Shown piece by piece: positions 48,587-58,271 of a DNA stretch of 64,000 nucleotides. The stretch comes from a virus (taxonomy: Duplodnaviria; Caudoviricetes): IMG/VR virus record IMGVR_UViG_2597489997_000001, positions 64,001-128,000 of that record; one strand, written 5' to 3'. Position 1 is the first letter of the stretch; each line of letters starts with the position of its first letter. The translations under genes were made by a program, and so were the position numbers. The notes under the pieces were generated by a model that was not told the origin of the DNA, ran no database searches, and saw only the letters and a program-made list of their open reading frames with translations.

Positions 48587-51010
48587 ATGTCAGCGAACAA
48601 TGGGTCACGTGTATTAACTGGTAACCGTCAAAATCCACAACAACCAGGCGGTTTAGGAAATAATCAGCAACAAGGGAACCAGAACCAGACCGCTCAGAAT
48701 AACCCTATGGCGGGGTTGGCCGCAATGGCTCAGCGTTTGAGTGGAAATATCAACGGCCAATCTAACGGGACAAGTGGTCTCTATAACGTTGGTCCATCTC
48801 GCACTAACTTCTCTTCTCTGTTGTGTCTTGATGATACAATGGCTGAAGAACAACTGAAAGCCCAAGCTATTCAGGAAGGCGGTACATTAGCTAACCAACT
48901 TGTTATGCTCTGTGCTCGCCGTATTATCGCTAACCCGTACTTCAAAGTGTGGCGAGCTGCTTTAGAGCGCTTTAAGTCACCTAAGAAGGGAATGCCTCCA
49001 GAAGCAAACCTGGTTGAGTTCGTTAACGAAATCGACAGTAACCAGAACCTGTATAACTTTATCCTGGTTAACGCCGGTATTCAGTTGGGTTCTGTATTTG
49101 CGCAATTCATGGCAAGTGGTGATGAACGTATTCGTCAGCAACGCGATATCCTGGAACAGTGCTGGTATCAGTGTTGTGTTGATACCATTTATCTTCAGTA
49201 TTATGATTTTCTCGGTAACCATCCTGATGGTGCTCAGATTTATTATCGCTGCTCTCCATTAGTGAAAGAAGTATTGATGGAGTTGGAACCGAAGGTATTT
49301 GAATTAGCACAATCTCGTTTCACTTTTGCTGGACAGCAATGTCCATGGCGTAAAGGTCAGTTAAGTGCAATGCAACAACGCAGTGTGGTTGATAACCCAT
49401 TACTGAATGGGGTAACTAACTTCGTTGATATGGGTATGCAGGGAACTTACTTCGATCCTAACTGGAACCCGTCTACAACGGCTCCGGCTAATACGGATCA
49501 AGATGGTATGCGTAAACTGCAAGAGTATGTGCAGCGCACAGCAAACCAGGTTAAGAACGGAACCTATGGTTCTTATGTTAATAACCCGTCCATGCAAACT
49601 GAAAACTATCCACCACAGGTAACGTATGGTGATCATGATAAACCTGAGCTGTCTCTCGAGAACATTACTCGCGAGAACCGTCATCAGTATCTGATCAGCA
49701 AGTATGCGACTAATATCCCGGGTACAGATTGGTATGTAATGCCGGAGCAGTATGTCCGCTTGATTATGCCGACTATGGTCATGGATGATGGAATACCATT
49801 CCGTCTACGCGATACACGTTGCCTGGGTTGTCAGGTTATTTATCGTATTAACTGGCAGGAAGGAACATTCAACTTCCGTTTAGTGAAACACAATCTTCAG
49901 GACCTTGATATCATGTCCGCTCTGATTAGCGATCCGTCAAAGTTACTGCCGTTCATGTATGAAGAAGATGGTATTCAGAAAACTACGTTCGATCCGACCG
50001 TATATGAAACCAACAAATTCGAAAACGATGGCAAGATTTATCCTGTTGGTGAAGTGAAAGACCTGGAGAAAGAACCTGATATCCTGGTTGGTAGCAAACC
50101 AATGAAAGCAAACCTGGGTAACGAAGAGACTGTTAACCGTCTTAACGTTTACACCAAAACTTATGACCCTCAGAACAAACTGGATGCATTCGTTCTGCCA
50201 ATGGTTATGACCCGTGAATGGAAAATGGAATCCAATGTTGATATGGATCGTTTCTATTCTGATTTCGGTATGATGGTCCACGGTAACACTTATGAACTGA
50301 CAGACACTGCTCGTGTTCTTCGTGCTATCCGTGCTGCTGATTCCGAGTGTGATTCTGAGGAGTTCCGTTCTTTCGTTAAACCATATATGACCAACCTGGT
50401 AAACCGTTGGTTAGTAGAATGCCGTGGTTATGCAGAAACCCGTACAGAAGCTCAAGAAGCTAATGGACAACTGTCTTATCTGAAAGTCGGCGATATCTTT
50501 GCTGACCTCGAAGATCTGATTGAACATCTGCGTGATCAAGACCTTCCAACACTGCGTGCCTTCATGGACTACAAAACCAATACGTTTATGCGTTATGGTA
50601 TTGAAGTGCTGGTACCGCGTGAAGAAGTGAAGAAAGAGTTCGAAGAGAAGTTTTCTAAGGAAGAAGATACGATCATGCGTAATGCGTTGATCGCGACTGG
50701 TGAGACCACCATTATCATTAGTCGTAATACTGTATTCTTCAACGTTCGTAAACTGATCGGTCCTCGTACTCCTGAAGCTGTGGTATTGAAACATTCTGGT
50801 AACCCTGAGATCTTCGCTATCGTTAAGAAAGCATTGAGTGTTTCTCGTAAACACTTCAAAGATCATCCTCAGGTATTGATTAAGTTCGATACCGATGAAG
50901 GTAATAAAGTTTGGGTAGCTACTCGCTCTGACTTTGACCCGGAGAATGTATTCGTATTACGTGCCCTTGATGGTGGCGTAGATTACACTCATGCCTGGCC
51001 AATGATCTAA
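48587..51010 (+). CDS. Large hypothetical protein (807 aa) with Q/N-rich N-terminus
   Basis: Long ORF co-oriented with the nvRNAP subunit gene. Confidence 0.75.
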   Translation: MSANNGSRVLTGNRQNPQQPGGLGNNQQQGNQNQTAQNNPMAGLAAMAQRLSGNINGQSNGTSGLYNVGPSRTNFSSLLCLDDTMAEEQLKAQAIQEGGTLANQLVMLCARRIIANPYFKVWRAALERFKSPKKGMPPEANLVEFVNEIDSNQNLYNFILVNAGIQLGSVFAQFMASGDERIRQQRDILEQCWYQCCVDTIYLQYYDFLGNHPDGAQIYYRCSPLVKEVLMELEPKVFELAQSRFTFAGQQCPWRKGQLSAMQQRSVVDNPLLNGVTNFVDMGMQGTYFDPNWNPSTTAPANTDQDGMRKLQEYVQRTANQVKNGTYGSYVNNPSMQTENYPPQVTYGDHDKPELSLENITRENRHQYLISKYATNIPGTDWYVMPEQYVRLIMPTMVMDDGIPFRLRDTRCLGCQVIYRINWQEGTFNFRLVKHNLQDLDIMSALISDPSKLLPFMYEEDGIQKTTFDPTVYETNKFENDGKIYPVGEVKDLEKEPDILVGSKPMKANLGNEETVNRLNVYTKTYDPQNKLDAFVLPMVMTREWKMESNVDMDRFYSDFGMMVHGNTYELTDTARVLRAIRAADSECDSEEFRSFVKPYMTNLVNRWLVECRGYAETRTEAQEANGQLSYLKVGDIFADLEDLIEHLRDQDLPTLRAFMDYKTNTFMRYGIEVLVPREEVKKEFEEKFSKEEDTIMRNALIATGETTIIISRNTVFFNVRKLIGPRTPEAVVLKHSGNPEIFAIVKKALSVSRKHFKDHPQVLIKFDTDEGNKVWVATRSDFDPENVFVLRALDGGVDYTHAWPMI

Positions 51011-51033
51011 GTGATCGACTTGATATAAGTTAA

Positions 51034-51065
51034 AGAGAGAATCGGGCTTAGGCTCGGTTCTCTCT
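51034..51065 (+). terminator. Intergenic hairpin
   Basis: AGAGAGAATCGGGC-TTAG-GCTCGGTTCTCTCT. Confidence 0.7.
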
Positions 51066-51184
51066 AATGCTTGTGTATGTCTCTGTAGTGCCTTTTATTA
51101 TGTATTCGAGTACTTATTCATTTATATACTAAAAGACGCTCATAAGCTCTTTTATAAACAATTTAACCATGTATAGGACTACTA

Positions 51185-51412
51185 ATGAAAACCTTTACCA
51201 CTTCCATTCTTGTACCTGCTAAACTGAAAGCCGAATTGAACGTTATGCAGCAAATGGAAATGAGTCGTAAGCTCGCTACCAAGAACATCCCAATTTCTGA
51301 TGATCTCGGTACAGGTGCTTTAGACGATTTAGTTGATGGCGACGAATTCGTTCTGATCGTCAATGGTGAACATGAAAAACATCACCTACAAAATGAAAGT
51401 GTGTGGACATAG
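51185..51412 (+). CDS. Small hypothetical protein
   Basis: AGGA RBS. Confidence 0.6.
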   Translation: MKTFTTSILVPAKLKAELNVMQQMEMSRKLATKNIPISDDLGTGALDDLVDGDEFVLIVNGEHEKHHLQNESVWT

Positions 51413-51617
51413 TGTTGGTCGTCCTCGTTTAATGATGATTGAGCCAGAAATGCCAGAGGTTAAACGTTTCCTCAGCTGGCGCATCGATCCAACGAAACTC
51501 ATGGTGCAGAAAAGCCGCACTCAGTTCCAATTGCGTAACTTCACTACTGAAGATCTCCGCCGTTTAATTCGTTCAGCCTACGCTATGGGTGAACGTCATC
51601 ATGTTAAATACCGTTAA
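51363..51617 (+). CDS. Small basic hypothetical protein
   Basis: Fills the gap in the operon; start uncertain (51363, 51372 or 51393). Confidence 0.55.
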   Translation: MVNMKNITYKMKVCGHSVGRPRLMMIEPEMPEVKRFLSWRIDPTKLMVQKSRTQFQLRNFTTEDLRRLIRSAYAMGERHHVKYR

Positions 51618-51629
51618 GGAAAGAGAATA

Positions 51630-51818
51630 ATGTCCGGTCCTGAAGATTTCGAAGATTACCTAGCAGCAAACCCTAACGCATCTTACTCAGAACTCCAATC
51701 TAAGATGGAAGAGATTCTGAATACCGAAGGTGGTGATCGTGGGGAAATGGAAGAGATGCTTGATGAGCATTTCGAAGACTACCAATCAAGCCCTGAAGAT
51801 TTTGAGGATGAGTTATGA
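51630..51818 (+). CDS. Very acidic 62-aa protein
   Basis: TAAGGA RBS; 21 D/E against 2 K/R. Confidence 0.7.
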   Translation: MSGPEDFEDYLAANPNASYSELQSKMEEILNTEGGDRGEMEEMLDEHFEDYQSSPEDFEDEL

Positions 51819-52408
51819 ATACGTCTACCACCAAAGTTAATTCCCTGTTTTACCCTAAGACTCTGGAAGACTTCTTCCATATCTTCCAAGTTCTCTGTGT
51901 GCATAACCAGGTCATGTACCGTGAAGAAGCATTACCAATCATTGCTGAAATCGACCATACTCATCATACAGAAACGGCACTGGCATTTGAGGGTAAACGT
52001 TTGGTTACTGTAATGGAACCAGTTCTTGCCATGATGCCTAAAGAACCTACGCGCACTAATCCTGGTGATCTTTCCCTTGGCTCAGGAGAGTCGTACAAAC
52101 TTATTCACTTGTACACCTTTGATGAGATATTTCACCCGGAACGAGTTGCTCCAAAAACCCCACTAGTAAAGGAAAAGGCAGAACGCCGAACTCCTATTAC
52201 AATGGAGCAGTTTACAGCGGCCGATAAACGTTCTCTTACACGTCCTGAATGGATCTGTGTTGAAGACTTTATCCACGCCGGTGGGTTTGGCTGGCGTTGT
52301 GCTTTGAAAACCCAGCATAGGCTGTGGGGAGTTTTCCCGGGCGGTATCATAGACCATATCAGAACAGGTCTGGATAAGCTCGGATATGACCATACCGAGT
52401 ATCTTTAA
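51815..52408 (+). CDS. Hypothetical protein (197 aa)
   Basis: GAGGA RBS; ATGA overlap. Confidence 0.7.
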   Translation: MNTSTTKVNSLFYPKTLEDFFHIFQVLCVHNQVMYREEALPIIAEIDHTHHTETALAFEGKRLVTVMEPVLAMMPKEPTRTNPGDLSLGSGESYKLIHLYTFDEIFHPERVAPKTPLVKEKAERRTPITMEQFTAADKRSLTRPEWICVEDFIHAGGFGWRCALKTQHRLWGVFPGGIIDHIRTGLDKLGYDHTEYL

Positions 52409-52473
52409 AATAACCGTGGGGTATATGAGGACCTCTTATAAAGCCCCTAATTTCATTTGAAAGTAAACTCAGA

Positions 52474-52492
52474 CCTATATTACCTAAGTGTA
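52474..52492 (+). promoter_or_regulatory. Putative early promoter
   Basis: CCTATATTAC-CTAAG-TGTA; contains the phiKZ early consensus TATATTAC exactly (52476-52483). Confidence 0.6.
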
Positions 52493-52530
52493 AATACAAA
52501 CAGTATTAACTAACTTAAAAGGATTCCGCT

Positions 52531-53166
52531 ATGACGCGCCATCACAAATACTTAGGTTCCGACTCTAAGCCTGTAGAGGCTGTTGAAGCGGAATCAATCG
52601 AAGCAGTACAATCAACCATCAATCCAAGTGTAGAGGAAATTACCATGACTAACGTTAACCTGAACAACGAAGCAGCAATCGACGCAAACGTAGTAGACGA
52701 AGCAACAGTAGTTGAAACTGAAGCAACTGAAACCCTGCGCGATATCGCAGCAGTAAAACAATCTGGCGGGTTCCGTAAAGGTTCCGTAGCGTATGCAGGT
52801 ATTCTGTCCGGTGCGATCTCGGCCATCGCTATGGTACTGGCTCGTTCAGCAAGCGATGATGTCAAGCTGAGCAAAATGGATATCCTGAAACGCACTGCTG
52901 CGACTACAGCTGCTGCAACCACAATCCAGGCTGGCGTGCAGCTGGCTGCTAAACGCGTTAACAACAACTCAACAGCTTCTTATGTAACTGCCCATCTGGT
53001 CGGTTGTGTAACAGCTCCGGTTGCAATGCGCGCTATGGTAGCTTCTGGGTTTGGTGCTGAAGGTTATAAAGAGCACGGTACAACTGAATCAGAAATGCTG
53101 GCTGGCGTATCTGGTCCGGAAGTATTCGATGCAGTTGAATCAGCTCCAGTAGTTAACGAACTGTAA
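52531..53166 (+). CDS. Ala-rich, probably membrane-associated early protein (second start at 52645)
   Basis: AAAGGA RBS at 52531 and GAGGA RBS at 52645; hydrophobic segment VAYAGILSGAISAIAMVLA. Confidence 0.7.
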   Translation: MTRHHKYLGSDSKPVEAVEAESIEAVQSTINPSVEEITMTNVNLNNEAAIDANVVDEATVVETEATETLRDIAAVKQSGGFRKGSVAYAGILSGAISAIAMVLARSASDDVKLSKMDILKRTAATTAAATTIQAGVQLAAKRVNNNSTASYVTAHLVGCVTAPVAMRAMVASGFGAEGYKEHGTTESEMLAGVSGPEVFDAVESAPVVNEL

Positions 53167-53173
53167 AGACATA

Positions 53174-53204
53174 ACTCCTACTCACCGTAATGGTGAGTAG
53201 GAGT
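53174..53204. terminator. Bidirectional hairpin between convergent genes
   Basis: ACTCCTACTCACC-GTAAT-GGTGAGTAGGAGT. Confidence 0.8.
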
Positions 53205-53230
53205 ATACGTTTAGTTACTTATTTTTTTTG

Positions 53231-56116
53231 TTAGCTGGTCCAAAGGTCATCACCGCCACCTTTAAGATCATCGCCTAACCCATTATCGGTTTGGACTTGT
53301 TCAACACCTTCTTCCTTAGGTGTACCATCGTCATTAAAGTTCTCAACGATAGTTTCATTACCTGGTTGTTCCGCATCCAAGTTTTCATTGAACATGTCGT
53401 CACTAGGTTTCTGAGGAACTAACCCATCGCCATTTTCATTGGTCAGGAAACTTTGTTCTTGAGGCTCAAGTGAATTCAAAGAGTCATTGTTTTCCTTTTC
53501 AATTTTATCTTTGAGCTTCTCAGCTTTAACATCACCCTTCTTAGTTCCTTTATGCCATTCGGTAAGGAACTTAACAACGTTCAGATCAAGATCGGTTACA
53601 CGAGAAATGTATGTCAACATACCACCCGCATTACCGTTGCTCAGAATCTGTTCAAACGGCATTGGTAAGTTATACCGTTCGAATGCTTCAGTCAGAAGTA
53701 CGCCTTTCATAGTCCCAATGATATTCTCACCATCCAGACCAATCTCTTCAGCACGTTTCTGCAACATCTCGACACCGCCACCCATGGTAGTCCAGACTTC
53801 AACCAGTTTCTCAACAGCTTCAATCTTGTCTTCCAGTTTAAGCAGGCTGTCTGTAATGGCGGGGGTAGGAAGAGTAACGAAGAAACTATTTAAGAAGTCT
53901 TTAAGGACTAACTCGATAGCTTCCATATCTTCTACTTCTACTTCTTCAGCACCGTTGTTATTAATTTTCTCAGCGGCTTCTTCTTTAACTTCCAGCGCGC
54001 CAGTCTGATCGGGTTTCTCGTATAGGGATTTGTTCTCTCTGATAACTTCAACCAGTTCAGCAATCAGTGGTTCGTTAACACGCATATGTTTGCGCATGAT
54101 GTCAGTGAACCCACGAGAGAAAGTACGAGAATAATCCGTGGTTTGGTTACGCAACAGCTCTTGGTCAGCCAATGCTTCAATAGCAAAGTCATTACCATCA
54201 CCAGTGTCTTCCAGCCAGCTACGTTTCAGACCGAAGAAACCAGAGATGGTGTTCAACAGGTTTTCACGTAATGACGGATCAATACCTTTAAGTGATTCAC
54301 GTTCCATCTGACGTGCAGTGATGTCAGGGGTAATAGCGTATTTGTTATCGCTAGGGTTAACCTTGACAGTAACTGACTGCTCTTTAAAGCGGTCAAGTAC
54401 CGCATCAATAGAAACGTTATTATAACCTAAGATATCGTGAAGCGTTGGGTTAGCTGAGAAGTATTCATCACGAATCATCGCAATGGTATTACGGATATCA
54501 AAGTCTTCTTCTTCTGGTGTGATTTCCAACAGGGTATGAGAGATAGAGTTCTCAACCTGAGCAAGAGCATCAGCGGTATCCAGAACAGCCAGACGAGTGA
54601 TGTGTAATTTAGCTTCATCAACCAGTGAACGACCAACACCCAGACGAGAGAAGTCGATCGCAACGTAAGTTACGTACTCAGCAGGAACGAAGATAGCTCG
54701 AACACCCTGGTCACGTAAAGCACGCCCCAGATAGAGTTTCTTATTCTCTTCAGTTAAAGAGATACTCACATCTTTATGGAGATCACCATTGAGGAAACCT
54801 TCAATTAGTTCCTTCTCAAGTGTAGCAGATGAGAACTCTGCCATCCACGCCATGTCTTCGTTACATTCTTTACCCTCAGCCACAGTGCGGATATGGTTAA
54901 CGATTTCGTTAATCGAACCCATCTTAGGTTGAGTGGCTTCGCCAGCACCTTTGGCTTTCTGATAGAATTTAACGTCTGAAGTATTCTTCAGTGGTTCACC
55001 TGTTTCCGGATCCGTTAAAAGGATGAATCCAAATGGTTTACCAATCTCACCGTTAACGTGAACGGGGATACAACCTTCAGAAGGCCAATGATAACTGATG
55101 CCAACACCACGACCATTCCCAGAATAGAACTTACCTTTACGAACGGAAGTGGACTCATTGAGTTCATATTCACGGTCAGGGTAAAGTCCTTTAATCTCTT
55201 CTTCAAGAGTCTTCTTAGAAACAGCATTGATGTGGTTATTGTTAACCTTGTGACGTTTCCGAGGATCTTTACGGAATACTGAACGAATAGCCGAATCCAT
55301 GTCTTCCAGACCAGCCATCTTCTGCAAGCGGTCAGCACGCATACGTTGTGCTAACTCACCTACTTTCAGTACAAGTGGGTTATCCGTAAATGTCCACTTT
55401 AAACGATCATCAACGATGTTATATTCTGCTTCACGGTTACTGGATGGGTTGTAAATACTTTCAAAGCCTACGAAGCTACCTTTAGTTTCGCGAGTCTTAC
55501 GAATGTAACCCAAGTTCTTAGCACGGTCCCAACTGTTCCCAGTAAAGTGTTTAGCCAGTACAGCTTCTGCCTGAGACTTAAAGGATTCAGATCCATCTAC
55601 TTCCATCCCGTTAATGAGGTGGTCGAGGACGGAGTGTGAAAGAGAAACGTGTGCATAAGAGCCAGTACGGAATAGGACATCTTTAATAATTTGAGGGGCT
55701 AACTCTTCTACGGGGTATTTTGTTGTAAAGTAGTTTTCTACCTTTTGAATCAACATATCGTGCAGCTTGGCATTCTTGATATCTGATTGTTCAGTATCAT
55801 AAATGAATAGCTGACGCTGATCCCCGTTTGGTTTCAACAGAAGAGTTGTCCAGATTTGTTCAGCACGCTTGATGTAGTGAGTAATAGTACGCAGGTCAAC
55901 TGAAGCCTGGATATTATTACTGATTATGTCAGAAAGGTTCTTTACCTTAGCGACCGGTGGTTTAGTTTTGTTTTCTGCGTCTTTCTCATCCCTGATATTC
56001 TTATCTTTGACGAGTAAGGAACGCATGCTCTTATCAAGAGGAGATGGGTTATTTAACCGTCCCCTTACTTGAGTTCGATCAGTGGGCTTTATCCCTTTGG
56101 GTAAAGTAGAAGACAT
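53231..56116 (-). CDS. Portal protein (phiKZ gp129-like)
   Basis: 961 aa; AAGGAG RBS; portal-like GVGRSLVDEAK motif; G-x-E sites; acidic tail; divergent from the 56145 gene as in phiKZ-like phages. Confidence 0.7.
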   Translation of the reverse strand: MSSTLPKGIKPTDRTQVRGRLNNPSPLDKSMRSLLVKDKNIRDEKDAENKTKPPVAKVKNLSDIISNNIQASVDLRTITHYIKRAEQIWTTLLLKPNGDQRQLFIYDTEQSDIKNAKLHDMLIQKVENYFTTKYPVEELAPQIIKDVLFRTGSYAHVSLSHSVLDHLINGMEVDGSESFKSQAEAVLAKHFTGNSWDRAKNLGYIRKTRETKGSFVGFESIYNPSSNREAEYNIVDDRLKWTFTDNPLVLKVGELAQRMRADRLQKMAGLEDMDSAIRSVFRKDPRKRHKVNNNHINAVSKKTLEEEIKGLYPDREYELNESTSVRKGKFYSGNGRGVGISYHWPSEGCIPVHVNGEIGKPFGFILLTDPETGEPLKNTSDVKFYQKAKGAGEATQPKMGSINEIVNHIRTVAEGKECNEDMAWMAEFSSATLEKELIEGFLNGDLHKDVSISLTEENKKLYLGRALRDQGVRAIFVPAEYVTYVAIDFSRLGVGRSLVDEAKLHITRLAVLDTADALAQVENSISHTLLEITPEEEDFDIRNTIAMIRDEYFSANPTLHDILGYNNVSIDAVLDRFKEQSVTVKVNPSDNKYAITPDITARQMERESLKGIDPSLRENLLNTISGFFGLKRSWLEDTGDGNDFAIEALADQELLRNQTTDYSRTFSRGFTDIMRKHMRVNEPLIAELVEVIRENKSLYEKPDQTGALEVKEEAAEKINNNGAEEVEVEDMEAIELVLKDFLNSFFVTLPTPAITDSLLKLEDKIEAVEKLVEVWTTMGGGVEMLQKRAEEIGLDGENIIGTMKGVLLTEAFERYNLPMPFEQILSNGNAGGMLTYISRVTDLDLNVVKFLTEWHKGTKKGDVKAEKLKDKIEKENNDSLNSLEPQEQSFLTNENGDGLVPQKPSDDMFNENLDAEQPGNETIVENFNDDGTPKEEGVEQVQTDNGLGDDLKGGGDDLWTS

Positions 56117-56144
56117 TGACAGGGCTCTCCTTTAAGGAACCTTT

Positions 56145-58271
56145 ATGCTTAAGAATATCGAATTTAAATCCTACATCATGAGGACTATATCCTTCGCAAG
56201 AACGATCGTCATCAAGTGTGAGGATATCGCCTTTCTTGACAACAGGTTGATGGAACAACATTACGGCATTGTGCCTGGTAAAGATAAAACACAATGGCGT
56301 TATTACCTTAACCTGAATGGCGACTACCACGTCACCGATGATAAAATGCAAGTTCAGTCTCTGGATAATGGCGATACGATTGAGTTCACCAAAGCCAACT
56401 TAGATTTGCACTTAGCAACTAAGCGAGCTTATAGACAGGGATCCTACTACTACACACGACTTGTCGAAAAATACCCTCATCAGTCAAATCTTATTAATGG
56501 AATCATAAACCCAATTCCACCATCGGAAAGTATCCCGGCAAAGAATTACCAAATTCTCCGTTATAACACCGATTATGTAATGTGGAATGAGTACCAGTTG
56601 ATCAATGCTCTACAAGATCATATCGACACAATGGTACAAGGTTCATTCAAGACAGAGTATTTGTATACTGATAACTTAATGTTGCCAATCATGCTGGCAA
56701 ACCTTCATGGTTCATTAGTTTCAGCTATCCTAATGATTCGTAAAGAAGCAGACGGTACCCGTTATGCTCATGACTTCTATATCTGGAGTCGCTTATCTTC
56801 ATTAGGTCTGTCTACCATTTATAAGAACGTGTTGAACCAGAAACAAACGATGTGGTTATACCGCAACCTTGAATATGTTCTCCGTAAACAAGGTCGTCGT
56901 AAAACGTTTGATGAACTGGTCGATATCGTATTGACCGAACGTCGTATTCCTATCTCCCGTTACGAAGCAATTCAAACAACGGAAGATATGCTGGAAACCT
57001 TCAAACCGAAACCGATGTTCTTAAGCCGCCCTGTTAACCTTCAACAGGAGTTCGGTCTTGATACTCGTATCTGGACTGTTCCGGAAGTTATTCGTAAAGA
57101 GCGACCATTGGCGCTTGATAACGAAGACGAAGAAGAACAAGGTATCTACGAAGCTGACTACAACATCAAGTACGGGCTTCATTCAGATATCCCTTCTAAG
57201 GTATTAGAGTCTAACATGACCGATACCACAGACAGGAACCCAGACAGGATTATGCGAGTATTGCATAACCACTGGATCTATCTTACGTCTAAGGGACTTT
57301 ATAACATCAACGTTGATGTTACTGATATTCGTACGGGTAAACACTTCCGTGTTACGACACAGGAGTCAATCATACTCTGGCATTATCTTATCAACCGTTC
57401 ACGTGGTGTTACTACGTGTACTGATATTCCTGAGTATCCGTATTACCATGTCAGAAAGATTACCCCTCCGACATTCCAGGAGTTACGGGAATTAGGGCAT
57501 AAGGATATCTTAACTGAAGAAGTCTGTAAGGACATCCTGCTTAACAGAGTTGACTTCCCTACATTAATATCTCCTGATGGTTTCTTTACCAAGTGTAAAG
57601 AGGTCCAGGACCGGATGTGGGACCATAAGAAACTCTATTCGTACATTCTTAACCTCTTCCATTCTAGTCGTCGTCAGAACGCTGTGGAGGCTTGCTATGA
57701 GACTGGTGTTGCCAAGATTGGTAACTACAAGACTTATGACGAGTTCTTACTGAAACTTGATCTTGACTACTACGACTATACTCCTGATGAATGCCTTGAT
57801 TTAGCTTGGGCCATTTGGAGTAAGGTAACGGGTTGGGAGTTTAACGACCACTTGAGTATCGGCGCTCAACAGAGATTGCTGATTAACCTCATGAAAGACC
57901 TGACCAGTTATACTGTTCAGTACATCGGTTCTACTGAAACCTTAGAAGGTCAATTCAGTTTACCATACATGATGTTGCTGGATGGTGACTATTACTTTGA
58001 AGATGGCGAAACTGCACTTGAGAGTCTCGACAATAAACTTCAGATCCCTGGTCACGTTAAAGGCATCCCAGAGATGTCGTTGGAAGCTAAGGAATTAACA
58101 GGTAGTCTACCTGGCGACAACTGGGGTCGTACTGATCCTGAGTCTATCGGTTGTGCCAAGATAGACTTACCTATGGTCCTTCGTCCTATTGAATTCCCTC
58201 CTGAACCGTCGGTGTATCGTATTATGAACTCCATGACGCTGAAGGAAGTTATTGATTATGGAACGCCTTAA
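56145..58271 (+). CDS. Virion/baseplate structural protein (phiKZ gp128-like)
   Basis: TAAGGA RBS; WRYYLNLNGDYH and WLYRNLEY motifs; synteny. Confidence 0.6.
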   Translation: MLKNIEFKSYIMRTISFARTIVIKCEDIAFLDNRLMEQHYGIVPGKDKTQWRYYLNLNGDYHVTDDKMQVQSLDNGDTIEFTKANLDLHLATKRAYRQGSYYYTRLVEKYPHQSNLINGIINPIPPSESIPAKNYQILRYNTDYVMWNEYQLINALQDHIDTMVQGSFKTEYLYTDNLMLPIMLANLHGSLVSAILMIRKEADGTRYAHDFYIWSRLSSLGLSTIYKNVLNQKQTMWLYRNLEYVLRKQGRRKTFDELVDIVLTERRIPISRYEAIQTTEDMLETFKPKPMFLSRPVNLQQEFGLDTRIWTVPEVIRKERPLALDNEDEEEQGIYEADYNIKYGLHSDIPSKVLESNMTDTTDRNPDRIMRVLHNHWIYLTSKGLYNINVDVTDIRTGKHFRVTTQESIILWHYLINRSRGVTTCTDIPEYPYYHVRKITPPTFQELRELGHKDILTEEVCKDILLNRVDFPTLISPDGFFTKCKEVQDRMWDHKKLYSYILNLFHSSRRQNAVEACYETGVAKIGNYKTYDEFLLKLDLDYYDYTPDECLDLAWAIWSKVTGWEFNDHLSIGAQQRLLINLMKDLTSYTVQYIGSTETLEGQFSLPYMMLLDGDYYFEDGETALESLDNKLQIPGHVKGIPEMSLEAKELTGSLPGDNWGRTDPESIGCAKIDLPMVLRPIEFPPEPSVYRIMNSMTLKEVIDYGTP

